A stretch of 64,000 nucleotides of DNA from Paragordius varius (taxonomy: Eukaryota; Animalia; Nematomorpha), in assembly GCA_964247055.1 (NCBI GenBank), contig OZ176054.1, forward strand, positions 2,294,001-2,358,000, in the 5' to 3' direction. Both the position numbers and the translations under genes were made by a program. Positions 63,426 through 64,000 of the stretch are shown here, one piece after another (position 1 is the first letter of the stretch; each line of letters starts with the position of its first letter). The notes under the pieces are model-generated. The model was given only the letters and a program-made list of their open reading frames with translations. It made no database searches and was not told the origin of the DNA.

Positions 63426-64000
63426 GTAGGATGAAGAATATTTTAACAAAAGGATTCTTTTATCAATTTTGTTTTTTGAACAAATTACTACTCATCTCAA
63501 TAATTAATTATGGTTCATCATGATAATATATGAAAAATCTGATGGTTGATAAATAATTATTTTAACCAACGGATATAACCTTGAATTTTACTTACTAATT
63601 ATGCACCTTAAAAAGCTTTAATCGATGCGGGAATACGTTAATAACTTAAAGAAACGTTTAAACCGCGCCGTTTTTATCAATAAATAATTGAACTAATTTA
63701 ATTTTATAGGGTTCTGGTTTGGGAAATAAAAAAACTGTTTTTGGATTTTTTAAAAAGTTATAAATTTGTTACATCGGGAAGATTTATCATTTTCAACCAT
63801 AACCTTAATCAACAATGTTGTTTGAAACATTACAATAAACAGTCAAATATTATTTTAGAATAGTTTTTGATTAAAACTAATAATCGATAACAACTATCTA
63901 CCTTTGACAAATTAATAAATATTTCTACCCAATTAGATATTTATATATAACTTTTAATTTTAAATTTTTTGTGCCAAAACAGATTTAACTTTTGATATTT

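Overview
Very AT-rich (roughly 75% by eye) eukaryotic DNA from an invertebrate, probably a protostome given the allatostatin-A-type receptor. No rRNA, tRNA or CRISPR array was seen. I reconstructed four recognisable genes by hand from splice sites: an allatostatin-A/galanin-type GPCR (26575-29054, with a possible extra terminal exon to 29996), an intronless TMEM120 (32448-33515, minus), a KLF zinc-finger factor (40894-48522, 4 exons) and a GH27 alpha-N-acetylgalactosaminidase/alpha-galactosidase (50694-58745, 7 exons). There is also an intronless 423-aa orphan ORF (5902-7173, minus) and a probable internal exon of a further gene (63058-63425). The rest is dense with DNA transposons: a probable Helitron carrying a ~155-bp satellite, two hAT copies with 8-bp TSDs, a Mos1-like mariner, several MITE families and a 3.4-kb Harbinger-derived palindrome inside a glycosidase intron. 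The most notable observations are this palindrome, the repeated foldback architecture across unrelated transposon superfamilies, a ~240-aa third intracellular loop in the GPCR, and a 24-nt in-frame candidate micro-intron at a conserved intron position. Family assignments come from motif recognition, not database searches, and identity figures are visual estimates.
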